Below, piece by piece: positions 39,219-53,024 of a DNA stretch of 64,000 nt. Where the stretch lies: NCBI GenBank assembly GCA_964016885.1, contig OZ024765.1:13206001-13270000 (forward strand), read 5' to 3'. The position numbers and the translations under genes were made by a program. Below the pieces are notes generated by a model. It was given only the letters and a program-made list of their open reading frames with translations. It was not told the DNA's origin and ran no database searches. Numbering within the stretch: position 1 is the first letter of the stretch; the number at the start of each line of letters is the position of its first letter. The stretch comes from Eledone cirrhosa (lineage: Eukaryota).

Positions 39219-39799
39219 CAGCCTTTCTAACGTTTGTGATGTACTTGATAAATGCAGCCATTACATGCTTCAAAGTTGATACAAAGGAATCCAGTTGTAG
39301 AAAGCTGGTCAAACAAAGAGGACTCTTCAGTTATTTTGAGGAACAATCAACATGTTTCTTGGTCATTACCCTTTATCAGGACTGTATACCTCTGCCAAAC
39401 AAACAGGTGTCGGTTGGTCACCGGCATGGCACAGTTTCAAATCGGACCGTCTGTTTACAAATGATTCAAACATTATTATTAATGTTCAATATAGCCCATG
39501 CATACATATGTATACATATAGATAGACAGTTATGCATATAAAATATTTTATTATTTATTTATATACATACAATGAATTATTAATTTAAAAAAAATTACAA
39601 TGTATGATTTAATTGTTTGATTATAATGTCTATGAGAGAAAATTATTACAATTGATTCAAATTAATGTTAAAATGATTTTTAAAAAAATCTATATAAATA
39701 TTTTATTTGTCAACATAACCGTCGTCCTAATGTTACACATAAAAAGACAGAGGGAGTTGGGTTGCTAACGGCGAGGTTCTAATCTTTACTGGCGCCCTC

Positions 39800-39963
39800 G
39801 CCTAGCCCAAGGTTACTTGTGAGGACACTTGGCTGTTCCAGTACCTCAGCCTCGGCATCTCCCGAAGTAACTTGTGATGCTCCTCGTGAGGGTGCTTGGC
39901 TGTTCTAGCGCCTCAGCCTCGCCATCACCCGAAATAACGCTACGAGTGTGCTGACTTACCTAA
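39800..39963 (+). mobile_element. CRE-like 3' terminal fragment (copies at 48515-48677, truncated at 57150-57189, diverged at 60862-60990)
   Basis: Encodes DAPREGAWLF*RLSLAITRNNATSVL, the CRE terminal motif, locally duplicated. Confidence 0.6.
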
Positions 39964-40528
39964 AAAATTATTAGAGTTTTCCCACTGCTTCTCGCAATAT
40001 TGTTATCTTTTGCTCTGGCGGTGGTTCGTTTGTCCACCCCTTTCACCTGCCTTTTGTTGTATGTGGTCCTAGATGTGTGTATTACCTGTTTGTGTGTGTA
40101 TTTTCTATCCATACATATATAAGTATGTCTAAACATACATATATACACATACTTTCATGAATATATACAAATCTACAGACACATACATATCTGAATATAT
40201 ATATAAAAATGTAAGTCCAAAGATGACCTCATGACCTTGTCTATTTATTAAATCTGTAAATTACTGTGAAATATTTCATTTCAACTGAGATTATTTCCAA
40301 CATTTCTCTACTTTACTGTCTGGAATGCGTTGAAGTTGATTTTGTATTGTGACTAAATTTGGATAAATTAGATAAATTTACAAAGGAGTTTGTAACATAT
40401 TTTGACATCAACATCAAAGTTCATGGAAATATAGCACAAAGAATATTTCTTAAGAATAAATTATAAAAAAGAGGTAATGTTGGTACAAAAGAATTTAAGA
40501 CTTACCTGAATACATTTTTGTTGAGGAG

Positions 40529-41402
40529 ATGGCGAATGGACAAGAGAAATCACTATACCTCTGCAATATCTGTAAAAAGGCATTCTCTCAAAAACATAAG
40601 TTAACTCTTCACAAGCGTGTTCATACAGGAGAGAAACCATATCGCTGTGAAATCTGTGGTAAATCATTCTCTGTAAAAGATAGATTGGCTCGTCACACAC
40701 GTACACATACAGGAGAGAAACCATATCGCTGTGATATCTGTGGTAAATCATTCTCTGTAAAAGATAGATTGGCTCGTCACACGCGTACACATACAGGAGA
40801 GAAACCATATCATTGTGATATCTGGTATATTCTTTTCTCAAAGTAATGAATTGACTGTTCACATACGGGGGAGAAACCATATCACTGTGAAATCTGTGGT
40901 AAATCATTCTCTATAAGTAATAACTTGACTAGCCACACACATACACATACAGGAGAGAAACCATATCACTGTGACACCTGTGGTAAATCATTCTCTATAA
41001 CCAAAGACTTGACTGTTCACATACGTATACATACAGGAGAAAAACCATATCATTTTGATATCTGTTGTAAATCATTCTCTACAAGTAATATATTGACTTG
41101 TCACACACGTACACATACAGGAGAGAAACCATATCATTGTGATGTCTGTGGTAAATCATTCTCTACAAGTAATATATTGACTTGTCACACACGTACACAT
41201 CCAAGAGAGAAACCATATCATTGTGATGTCTGTGGTAAATCATTCCCTCGAAATGATGAATTGACTTGTCACACACGTATACATACAAGAGAGAAACCAT
41301 ATCATTGTGATATCTGGTAAATCATTCTCTCGGAGTAGTGAATTTACTGTTCACAAATGTATTTATACAAGAGGGAATACTCCAGTTGAGTCAACAGCAT
41401 GA
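40529..41402 (+). pseudogene. Frameshifted subtype-A zinc-finger copy lacking promoter and upstream exons (psi-6)
   Basis: 2-bp deletion at ~40823 (stop at 40846), 10-bp deletion at ~40860 and 2-bp deletion at ~41315. Homology to other units starts only at 40231, inside the 5' UTR part of the coding exon. Confidence 0.85.
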
Positions 41403-42538
41403 CAGCCTTTCTAACGTTTGTCATGTACTTGATAAATGCAGCCACTACATGCTTTAAAGTTGTTGATACAAAGTGAATCCAGTTGTAGAAAGCTGGTCAA
41501 ACAAAGAGGATCCTTCAGTTATTTCAAAGACATTACAACCTCTCTCATGATGCTGACACAAAAAAATACACTCTGTAAAATTTTGTAAGCTATATAAGTG
41601 AGATGCTGATCCCTGGCCAATCTGGGAAGTCAGTAGGTCTACGTTAGTACTGAGTTTGTCTGTGAAAACCCGTCCAACTCTTGCTAGCATGGAAATCAGA
41701 CAAGAAATGTTGATGATTAAGATTTTGGTGGTCTATAACTTGTAGAAGATTATCAAACTCCTCCTGCCATCCACTTCAACTTATTTCCCTTCTCACTCTC
41801 CTGTCTCCATCAACTCTGTCCCGTCTCCTGCTTCAATCAACTCTGCTAAACGTTATTTTATTAAAATTTATCTAGAGAAAAGAAAGAAAACAAAAAATTA
41901 ACTTTTTCAAAACATTTTTTTTCTTTAATTTCTTGCTTGAAATGTTGATGGTTATTCCAAGAGTAAAACCCTACCAAGTACCTTTGTGAGGTTTTTGAAA
42001 ATTAAATATTGTTAAAATTTATAAGAATCTGTATTATTCTGTGTTGGTTTTTCATATTTTGTTTTTGTTGGTTTTCCTTCTCTTTGTATCGAAATACAGT
42101 CAAGATTTAAAGAAATGAAAGTAATATTTGTTTACAAGAAGAATTTTAATAGATATTAGAGTATGTTATATGTTGTGATTTCGCAGTGAAAGGAAGCTAC
42201 AGTAGAGGAAGACCTGGGCAGAACTGGTGGAAGTTGAACCTGAAATACTGAACCTAACAAAGGAATGCAGTAGCAGGAAAGAAGTGCTGGAAAAGACCTG
42301 TCCAATGTATTTAATCATGGAAAGGTAGACATAAAAGTATGATGATGATGATGCTGCTGTAAGAGGTTTTTTTCATCTTCACATTCCCAAACCACATCAC
42401 TGTAGCAGGAGTATGGACCTATATCAGTTTCAACAACAAGTATTCCAGTTGTTTGATCAACAGAACAGCCTGCTTATGAAATTAACATGAAAGTGGCAAG
42501 CAATCTTGTGCTAAAAATAGGTCTAAAGTCTGTCTGAA

Positions 42539-43181
42539 GCCGGGAGGCAAAGGCCAGTGTTTCTCTCAGTTTTTGTGGTGCTAAGTCGCCAAGGTTAATC
42601 CTGCCACCTGAATGCAGGTTGCTTTGCCTTATTATTATATGGGCACTAGCTGGTGTAAATATCCGCTCAGTTCTGGATCTGGCTGCATTATCCAGAGGTG
42701 ATGAAAAAAAAACAGCTGACTTTACATTTTGTTTCTGGGTAAGAGACAGGTGTTTTATCTGGGACACTATAGTCAGTGACACTTTTGCTCCTTCCCACAT
42801 CATGGATGCTGTGGTAAATGTAAGGGTCAATGCTTCAATTGCCTAATGGAATAAAATCTTAATTTATTAGGAGCTATTGGACAATTATTTCTTCCAGCCT
42901 GTGGTATTTAAGACGTTTTGAGGAGCTGGGCTGCTGACGGCAAAATACTTGTCATTGCTGGTCTCTCGGTGTGTTAGGTGATACCCATGAGAGCGCCGAG
43001 TTTTTCCTGGACCTTGGTCTTACCTTACCAAGGTGTCGGGTAATACCATTGAGGGTAACGAATTGTTCCTGCCCCTTAGCCTTGACTTACTGTTGTGTCA
43101 GTTTATAACTTTGAAGGTGCTGGGTTGTTCCAGCACCTTAGCCACGCCATAACCCGTGCTAATGCTGCCAGCATATTGGTT
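42539..43181 (+). mobile_element. CRE-like remnant copy
   Basis: Paralog of 5590-6232. Confidence 0.7.
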
Positions 43182-43818
43182 TACGTTAAACATTTCCTTT
43201 GACACTTGTGATTTTCTGTGGGATAGATTGTCGCATTTGGGAGTGAATTGATGGTAGTTTTTGTTTAATTTCCACTCCTCCTCCTTTCACTCTTATTGTG
43301 TATTTTGGTGCGTTGTATTTGTGAGGTTCCTAGCAATGGTTAATTGTATTTTTTATATGTGTTTATATTTTCATTCTGATGGAATTGTGAACACTTTGTA
43401 ATAATTTTTTAATCCAAATAAAATTTTAACATCTATATATCTAAAACAGAGAATGTCTGTCTGTCTGACTTCCTAAAACTCGAGAACCACCAAACAGATT
43501 GTTTTCAAACTTTACACATGTAATACTTATGGTCCTGTGAGTGTTTTGAGCAAAAACAATTTCAAATTTTCAATGCCTTAGGGACTGCATTAGGGGATTT
43601 AGCGATCTCTCTCTATAATTCTTAGTCTTGCTTTTTAGATAGATACATAGATATAACGTTGCCCCCTTATAGTATGTCTGGCTGTCTGCATTACGGCATT
43701 ATAACTTCACTATCCGTGTGTGTGTGTGTATATATCTATATATAGTGTGTGTATATATGTGTGTGTGTAACGTTTTTCGAAATATTTACTTTTGCATTCA
43801 CAGATTGATTTTTTTTTT

Positions 43819-44086
43819 ATTTCTACAGCTGGATGCCCTTCCTAACACCAACCTTATTTACAGTGAGTGCTGGGTGCTTTTTTGCCGTGGCACCTCCATG
43901 ACCACTTTGCAGTGGAATGATAGGGACCCCAGTTCATAACATCTCATTTCTACAGCTGAGTAAACTGGAGCAATGTGAAATAAAGTGTCTTGCTCAAGGA
44001 AACAACACATCACCCGGTCTGAGAATTGAACTCACAACCTTTCGATTGCAAGGCGAATGCTCTAACCACTAAGCCACGTGCCTCCA
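43819..44086 (-). mobile_element. SINE family A, tail deleted
   Basis: Reverse complement of family A. Confidence 0.8.
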
Positions 44087-44155
44087 TTTTATATATATAT
44101 ATATATAATTTTGGCATACTGCCTATGGAAGCACCATAACTACCATTATACACAA

Positions 44156-44189
<34 letters not shown>

Positions 44190-44340
44190 TTATATTAAAG
44201 AGTTAAACAAGATTCAATGAGAACCACAAAGAATAAGTTTTACAGTAGATTGAAAGCACTCTACAGCAAAAAATATTTTTCCGGAGTTATTAATATTAAA
44301 ATACAAATATTAATAAAATATATGTCTTTTGATCAATTAA

Positions 44341-44393
44341 ATTTTATTATACATATTTCAGAGGTACAACAGTACGTCCTCATCAGACAAAAT
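44341..44393 (-). ncRNA. Minimal type I hammerhead ribozyme, family H2
   Basis: As 34652, with stem III loop ATGT. Confidence 0.75.
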
Positions 44394-46717
44394 ATAATTG
44401 TTTCTACGTTAGGCACAAGGCCAGCAAATTACCAGTGCATTACTGGTACTTTATTTTATCGACCCCGTAAGGATGAAAGGCAAAGTTCAGACAAAATATA
44501 ATGATACATGACATACCCATATATATATATATAATGATACATGACATACCCATATATATAATTATATATTCGTGTACAGATATTTTTGCATACACAATAA
44601 CAGAATATAAACAAACGTATTTATTTAACGAGGCTCGATAAAGATAAATATATATTAGATCACTAGAGCAAATCCCGAGCAACGCCGGGCCATTCTATTA
44701 GTCATATATAAAAGGAAAAATATTTTTAAAAGAATTACGTCCCTTGAAATATTGTTAAACACAAAGTTTTTCACTGTCGGCCATTGTTTCGTACACAGCT
44801 CTATTAAATGGTAAATTATATTTTATAACTGGTTTTTACTGTGATCTAATTAAATAGAATTCATTACCGATTATCTGTAATGTAAACATATCTTTTTACC
44901 TTTATCACATCTTCCGTATTAAATATGTAAGTCTCATGTACCTATATTATTGTAAATATATCTCGTTACCTTCATTTCATCAATATATTGTTACATCTTC
45001 CGTATTAAATATGTAAAGTATTATATTTCTATTTTATTGCAAACATATCTCTTTACTTTCACCTTTATATTTTGATATGTTAAGTGACATAAATAAAAAA
45101 AGAAACTTTACGAAAGTAATGATGCTGTTTTAATATTTCAAATTCTTCGTTTTCCATTCATCACTCCATTCCAGTTTTTGTTATTTCTTACGACTGAACA
45201 TCGACAGAAAGACAAGGTTTGTATTTTTAAACTGCAGTCTTATTTAGACTGTATTTACTTATATTTCTACCATGTGATAGGTTTTAGTGTTGCTAATTAG
45301 ACATCGATATTAATTCTCCACTCTACCACCTGGTCTGAAATTATCGATTAAACAGATTTAATCGACAACATATACTGTCTCTCTACATATATATATGTAC
45401 ATAAGCCGGCGTAATTCTTTATCTCTACTATATATATATATTTCTTTGTCTTGTATTTTTAAACCCCAGTCTTATTTAGGCCGTATATTTCTACCATATC
45501 GAGCAAGGCCATTCCCGTAATGGGATCAGGTCCTTGTTTTCTTTCCTACTTATTAACACTTTGGTTTGAAGGAGATTTGTTGTTGATGAAAATTACAGCT
45601 ACGATTCTTGTATTTTGTATTTTATTTTTATTATTTCTAATCATCCCACTCTCAATTAATGATTGTATTCCTATAATATATATTAAAAATGAACTACATG
45701 ATGCTTGGTGAGCTGACAGAATGGTGCCATATCCAACCTTCATACCCTCTTTCCATCACATTCCTATCTGTATGTCTACCTTTCTCATTCTAATGAACTG
45801 AATGGCTTCATTGGGTAGACGCCACCTTCCCATCTTTGCATGAACTGGATAGATGTGGGCTGCATAAGCCACTGGGATGTCAGCTTATCAAGGAGAACAG
45901 TGACTCTGAATAAAAACTAATATAGGGTGGAGAGGGCCCTTGAGTTTGGTCAGGATTTTTTAACCATTTAGTATTTAAACTGGCCATATCTGGCCAAAAT
46001 CTCACCTCTTTCTGTTCAAACTGACTGTAAGTGGCTGCTCATACTGATATTAAGGTATTGTTCCCAAAATAAATATCAAAATCTCATAGATTTGATATTA
46101 TGTGAGATAAATCCGTTACCATGAAAATATAATAGTATATATAGAGTAATGTAAATGCTAAAGGGTTGAACATCAAATTGTTACGGGGGTCCACCACAGA
46201 AAAATAAGAATCAAAGAGGTCCAAAGGTAAAATAAGGTTGATAATCAGTTTTATATGTTAGATAAATATAAACACTTTAAACCAGCTTTAAATATCCTTA
46301 AAATCTTACACTGTTTCTCTATTATTTCAGAATATTGGATGACATCAACATTAAAGTATTTTCTATACCAGAAACATCAATATTTATTTCACATGTTTTA
46401 AAGACTATACAGAACACACATGACCTTGTCTATTTATTAAATCTGTAAATTACTGTGAAATATTTCATTTCAACTGAGATTATTTCCAACATTTCTCTAC
46501 TTTACTGTCTGGAATGTGTTGAAGTTGACTTTGTATTGTGACTAAATTTGGATAAATTAGATAAATTTACAAAGGAGTTTGTAACATATTTTGACATCAA
46601 CATCAAAGTTCATGGAAATATAGCACAAAGAATATTTCTTAAGAATAAATTATAAAAAAGAGGTAATGTTGGTACAAAAGAATTTAAGACTTACCTGAAT
46701 ACATTTTTGTTGAGGAG

Positions 46718-47941
46718 ATGGCAAATGGACAAGAGAAATCACTATACCTCTGCAATATCTGTAAAAAGGCATTCTCTCAAAAACATAGCTTAACTCTTCA
46801 CAAGCGTGTTCATACTGGAGAGAAACCATATCGCTGTGATATCTGTGGTAAATCATTCTCTGGAAGAAATAACCTGACTTCTCACACACGTACACACACA
46901 GGAGAGAAACCATATGATTGTGCTATCTGTGGTAAATCATTTTCTAACAGAAGTAACTTAAATGCTCACAAGCGTGTTCATACAGGAGAGAAACCATATC
47001 ACTGCAGCATCTGTAGTAAATCATTCTCTGTAAAAGTTAGATTGACTGATCATAAAAGTATTCATACAGGGGACAAACCATATCACTGTGATATCTGTGG
47101 TAAATCATTCTCCATAAGAGCTAACCTGACTTCTCACAATCGTGTTCATACAGGAGAGAAACCATATGATTGTGCTATATGTGGTAAATCATTTTCTAGA
47201 ATAAGTAACTTAAATACTCACAAGCGTGTTCATACAGGAGAGAAACCATATCACTGCAACATCTGTGGTAAATCATTCTCTGCAAATGATAAATTGACTG
47301 ATCATATACGTATACATACAGGAGAGAAACCATATCACTGTGAAATCTGTGGTAAATCATTCTCTCAGAACTGTAGCTTAATTAGACACAAACGCATACA
47401 TACAGGGCAAAAACCATATCACTGTGATATCTGTGGTAAATCATTCTCTGGAAGTAAAGACTTGACTAGTCACAAACGTACACACACAGGAGAGAAACCA
47501 TATCATTGTGATATCTGTGGTAAATCATTCACTGTAAGTAGTGCTTTAGCTACTCATAAACGTATTCATACAAATGAGAAACCATATCATTGTAATATCT
47601 GTGGTAAATCATTTTCTAGAAGTAGTAATGTGACTGTTCACAAACGTACACATACAGGAGAGAAGCCATATCATTGTGATATCTGTGGTAAATCATTCTC
47701 TCAAAGTAGTGAATTGACCCGTCACACACGTTTACATACAGGAGAGGAACTATATCGTTGTGATATGTGTGGTAAATCATTCTCTGTAAGCAAAGACTTG
47801 ACTGTTCACAAACGTATACATACAGGAGAGAAACCATATCATTGTGATATCTGTTGTAAATCATTCTTGCAGTGTAGTGAATTTACTGTTCATAAATGTA
47901 TTCATACAAGAGGGAATACTCCAGTTGAGTCTACAGCGTGA
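46718..47941 (+). CDS. C2H2 zinc-finger protein ZNF-7, 407 aa, 14 fingers (subtype C)
   Basis: Tandem fingers with the subtype-C end and 3' flank. Confidence 0.93.
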   Translation: MANGQEKSLYLCNICKKAFSQKHSLTLHKRVHTGEKPYRCDICGKSFSGRNNLTSHTRTHTGEKPYDCAICGKSFSNRSNLNAHKRVHTGEKPYHCSICSKSFSVKVRLTDHKSIHTGDKPYHCDICGKSFSIRANLTSHNRVHTGEKPYDCAICGKSFSRISNLNTHKRVHTGEKPYHCNICGKSFSANDKLTDHIRIHTGEKPYHCEICGKSFSQNCSLIRHKRIHTGQKPYHCDICGKSFSGSKDLTSHKRTHTGEKPYHCDICGKSFTVSSALATHKRIHTNEKPYHCNICGKSFSRSSNVTVHKRTHTGEKPYHCDICGKSFSQSSELTRHTRLHTGEELYRCDMCGKSFSVSKDLTVHKRIHTGEKPYHCDICCKSFLQCSEFTVHKCIHTRGNTPVESTA

Positions 47942-49242
47942 CAGCCTTTCTAACGTTTGTGATGTACTTGATAAATGCAGCCATTACATGCTTCAAAGTT
48001 GATACAAAGGGAATCCAGTTGTAGAAAGCTGGTCAAACAAAGAGGACTCTTCAGTTATTTTGAGGAACAATCAACATGTTTCTTGGTCATTACCCTTTAT
48101 CAGGACTGTATACCTCTGCCAAACAAACAGGTGTCGGTTGGTCACCGGCATGGCACAGTTTCAAATCGGACTGTCTGTTTACAAATGATTCAAACATTAT
48201 TATTAATGTTCAATATAGCCCATGTATACATATAGATAGACAGTTATGCATATAAAATATTTTATTATTTATTTATATACATACAATGAATTATTAATTT
48301 AAAAAAAATTACAATGTATGATTTAATTGTTTGATTATAATGTCTATGAGAGAAAATTATTACAATTGATTCAAATTAATGTTAAAATGATTTTAAAAAA
48401 AATCTATGTAAATATTTTATTTGTCAACATAACCGTCGTCCTAATGTTACACATAAAAAGACAGAGGGAGTTGGGTTGCTAACGGCGAGGTTCTAATCTT
48501 TACTGGCGCCCTCGCCTAACCCAAGGTTACTTGTGAGGACACTTGGCTGTTCCAGTACCTCAGCCTCGGCATCTCCCGAAGTAACTTGTGATGCTCCTCG
48601 TGAGGGTGCTTGGCTGTTCTAGCGCCTCAGCCTCGCCATCACCCGAAATAACGCTACGAGTGTGCTGACTTACCTAAAAAATTATTAGAGTTTTCCCACT
48701 GCTTCTCGCAATATTGTTATCTTTTGCTCTGGCGGTGGTTCGTTTGTCCACCCCTTTCACCTGCCTTTTGTTGTATGTGGTCCTAGATGTGTGTATTACC
48801 TGTTTGTGTGTGTATTTTCTATCCATACATATATAAGTATGTCTAAACATACATATATACACATACTTTCATGAATATATACAAATCTACAGACACATAC
48901 ATATCTGAATATATATATAAAAATGTAAGTCCAAAGATGACCTCATGACCTTGTCTATTTATTAAATCTGTAAATTACTGTGAAATATTTCATTTCAACT
49001 GAGATTATTTCCAACATTTCTCTACTTTACTGTCTGGAATGCGTTGAAGTTGATTTTGTATTGTGACTAAATTTGGATAAATTAGATAAATTTACAAAGG
49101 AGTTTGTAACATATTTTGACATCAACATCAAAGTTCATGGAAATATAGCACAAAGAATATTTCTTAAGAATAAATTATAAAAAAGAGGTAATGTTGGTAC
49201 AAAAGAATTTAAGACTTACCTGAATACATTTTTGTTGAGGAG

Positions 49243-50034
49243 ATGGCGAATGGACAAGAGAAATCACTATACCTCTGCAATATCTGTAAAAAGGCATTCT
49301 CTCAAAAACATAAGTTAACTCTTCACAGGCGTGTTCATACAGGAGAGAAACCATATCGCTGTGATATCTGTGGTAAATCATTCTCTGTAAAAGATAGATT
49401 GGCTCGTCACACACGTACACATACAGGAGAGAAACCATATCATTGTGATATCTGTGGTAAATCATTCTCTGTAAAAGATAGATTGGCTCGTCACACGCGT
49501 ACACATACAGGAGAGAAACCATATCATTGTGATATCTGTGGTAAATTCTTTTCTCAAAGTAATGAATTGACTGTTCACATACGGGGGAGAAACCATATCA
49601 CTGTGAAATCTGTGGTAAATCATTCTCTATAAGTAATAACTTGACTAGCCACACACGTACACATACAGGAGAGAAACCATATCACTGTGACACCTGTGGT
49701 AAATCATTCTCTATAAGCAAAGACTTGACTGTTCACATACGTATACATACAGGAGAAAAACCATATCATTGTGATGTCTGTGGTAAATCATTCTCTACAA
49801 GTAATATATTGACTTGTCACACACGTACACATCCAAGAGAGAAACCATATCATTGTGATGTCTGTGGTAAATCATTCCCTCGAAATGATGAATTGACTTG
49901 TCACACACGTATACATACAAGAGAGAAACCATATCATTGTGATATCTGGTAAATCATTCTCTCGGAGTAGTGAATTTACTGTTCACAAATGTATTTATAC
50001 AAGAGGGAATACTCCAGTTGAGTCAACAGCATGA
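49243..50034 (+). pseudogene. Frameshifted subtype-A zinc-finger copy lacking promoter (psi-8)
   Basis: Same 10-bp deletion (~49577) and terminal 2-bp deletion (~49945) as psi-6, and the same 5' truncation (~48945). Confidence 0.85.
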
Positions 50035-51164
50035 CAGCCTTTCTAACGTTTGTCATGTACTTGATAAATGCAGCCACTACATGCTTTAAAGTTGTTGATA
50101 CAAAGTGAATCCAGTTGTAGAAAGCTGGTCAAACAAAGAGGATCCTTCAGTTATTTCAAAGACATTACAACCTCTCTCATGATGCTGACACAAAAAAATA
50201 CACTCTGTAAAATTTTGTAAGCTATATAAGTGAGATGCTGATACTTGGCCAATCTGGGAAGTCAGTAGGTCTACGTTAGTACTGAGTTTGTCTGTGAAAA
50301 CCCGTCCAACTCTTGCTAGCATGGAAATCAGACAAGAAATGTTGATGATTAAGATTATGGTGGTCTATAACTTGTAGAAGATTATCAAACTCCTCCTGCC
50401 ATCCACTTCAACTTATTTCCCTTCTCACTCTCCTGTCTCCATCAACTCTGTCCCGTCTCCTGCTTCAATCAACTCTGCTAAACGTTATTTTATTAAAATT
50501 TATCTAGAGAAAAGAAAGAAAACAAAAAATTAACTTTTTCAAAACATTTTTTTTCTTTAATTTCTTGCTTGAAATGTTGATGGTTATTCCAAGAGTAAAA
50601 CCCTACCAAGTACCTTTGTGAGGTTTTTGAAAATTAAATATTGTTAAAATTTATAAGAATCTGTATTATTCTGTGTTGGTTTTTCATATTTTGTTTTTGT
50701 TGGTTTTCCTTATCTTTGTATCGAACTACAGTCAAGATTTAAAGAAATGAAAGTAATATTTGTTTACAAGAAGAATTTTAATAGATATTAGAGTATGTTA
50801 TATGTTGTGATTTCGCAATGAAAGGAAGCTACAGTAGAGGAAGACCTGGGCAGAACTGGTGGGAGTTGAACCTGAAATACTGAACCTAACAAAGGAATGC
50901 AGTAGCAGGAAAGAAGTGCTGGAAAAGACCTGTCCAATGTATTTAATCATGGAAAGGTAGACATAAAAGTATGATGATGATGCTGTAAGAGGTTTTTTTC
51001 ATCTTCACATTCCCAAACCATATCACTGTAGCAGGAGTATGGACCTATATCAGTTTCAACAACAAGTATTCCAGTTGTTTGATCAACAGAACAGCCTGCT
51101 TATGAAATTAACATGAAAGTGGCAAGCAATCTTGTGCTAAAAATAGGTCTAAAGTCTGTCTGAA

Positions 51165-51805
51165 GCCGGGAGGCAAAGGCCAGTGTTTCTCTCAGTTTTT
51201 GTGGTGCTAAGTCGCCAAGGTTAATCCTGCCACCTGAATGCAGGTTGCTTTGCCTTATTATTATATGGGCACTAGCTGGGGTAAATATCTGCTCAGTTCT
51301 GGATCTGGCTGCATTATCCAGAGGTGATGAGAAAAAACCAGATGGCTTTACACTTTGTTTCTGGGTAAGAGGCAGGTGTTTTATCTGGGACACTATAGTC
51401 AGTGACACTTTTGCTCCTTCCCACATCATGGATGCTGTGGTAAATGTAAGGGTCAATGCTTCAATTGCCTAATGGAATAAAATCCTAATTTATTAGGAGC
51501 TATTGGACAATTATTTCTTCCAGCCTGTGGTATTTAAGACGTTTTGAGGAGCTGGGCTGCTGACGGCAAAATACTTGTCATTGCTGGTCTCTCGGTGTTA
51601 GGTGATACTCATGAGAGCGCCGAGTTTTTCCTGGACCTTGGTCTTACCTTACCAAGGTGTCGGGTAATACCATTGAGGGTAACGAATTGTTCCTGCCCCT
51701 TAGCCTTGACTTACTGTTGTGTCAGTTTATAACTTTGAAGGTGCTGGGTTGTTCTAGCACCTTAGCCACGCCATCACCCGTGCTAATGCTGCCAGCATTT
51801 TGGTT
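51165..51805 (+). mobile_element. CRE-like remnant copy
   Basis: Paralog retaining KKPDG. Confidence 0.7.
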
Positions 51806-52441
51806 TACGTTAAACATTTCCTTTGACACTTGTGATTTTCTGTGGGATAGATTGTCGCATTTGGGAGTGAATTGATGGTAGTTTTTGTTTAATTTCCACT
51901 CCTCCTTCTTTCACTCTTATTGTGTATTTTGGTGCGTTGTATTTGTGAGGTTCCTAGCAATGGTTAATTGTATTTTTTATATGTGTTTATATTTTCATTC
52001 TGATGGAATTGTGAACACTTTGTAATAATTTTTTAATCCAAATAAAATTTTAACATCTATATATCTAAAACAGAGAATGTCTGTCTGTCTGACTCCCTAA
52101 AACTCGAGAACCACCGAACAGATTGTTTTCAAACTTTACACATGTAATACTTATGGTCCTGTGAGTGTTTTGAGCAAAAACAATTTCAAATTTTCAATGC
52201 CTTAGGGACTGCATTAGGGGATTTAGCGATCTCTCTCTATAATTCTTAGTCTTGCTTTTTAGATAGATACATAGATATAACGTTGCCCCCTTATAGTATG
52301 TCTGGCTGTCTGCATTACGGCATTATAACTTCACTATCCGTGTGTGTGTGTGTATATATCTATATATAGTGTGTGTATATATTTGTGTGTAACGTTTTTC
52401 GAAATATTTACTTTTGCATTCACAGATTGATTTTTTTTTTT

Positions 52442-52709
52442 ATTTCTACAGCTGGATGCCCTTCCTAACACCAACCTTATTTACAGTGAGTGCTGGGTGC
52501 TTTTTTGCCGTGGCACCTCCATGACCACTTTGCAGTGGAATGATAGGGACCCCAGTCCATAACATCTCATTTCTACAGCTGAGTAAACTGGAGCAATGTG
52601 AAATAAAGTGTCTTGCTCAAGGAAACAACACATCACCCGGTCTGAGAATTGAACTCACAACCTTTCGATTGCAAGGCCAATGCTCTAACCACTAAGCCAC
52701 GTGCCTCCA
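52442..52709 (-). mobile_element. SINE family A, tail deleted
   Basis: Reverse complement of family A. Confidence 0.8.
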
Positions 52710-52778
52710 TTTTATATATATATATATATAATTTTGGCATACTGCCTATGGAAGCACCATAACTACCATTATACACAA

Positions 52779-52826
<48 letters not shown>

Positions 52827-52971
52827 TAAAGAGTTAAACAAGATTCAATGAGTACCACAAAGAATAAGTTTTACAGTAGATTGAAAGCACTCTACAGCAA
52901 AAAATATTTTTCCGGAGTTATTAATATTAAAATACAAATATTAATAAAATATATGTCTTTTGATCAATTAA

Positions 52972-53024
52972 ATTTTATTATACACATTTCAGAGGTACAA
53001 CAGTACGTCCTCATCAGACAAAAT
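52972..53024 (-). ncRNA. Minimal type I hammerhead ribozyme, family H2
   Basis: As 34652. Confidence 0.75.

Larger units (their letters stand above)
43432..44701 (+). mobile_element. Helitron-like element, copy 5 (internally deleted)
   Basis: Same termini. About 1.3 kb is missing at a TTGATTT microhomology near 43810. Confidence 0.65.
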
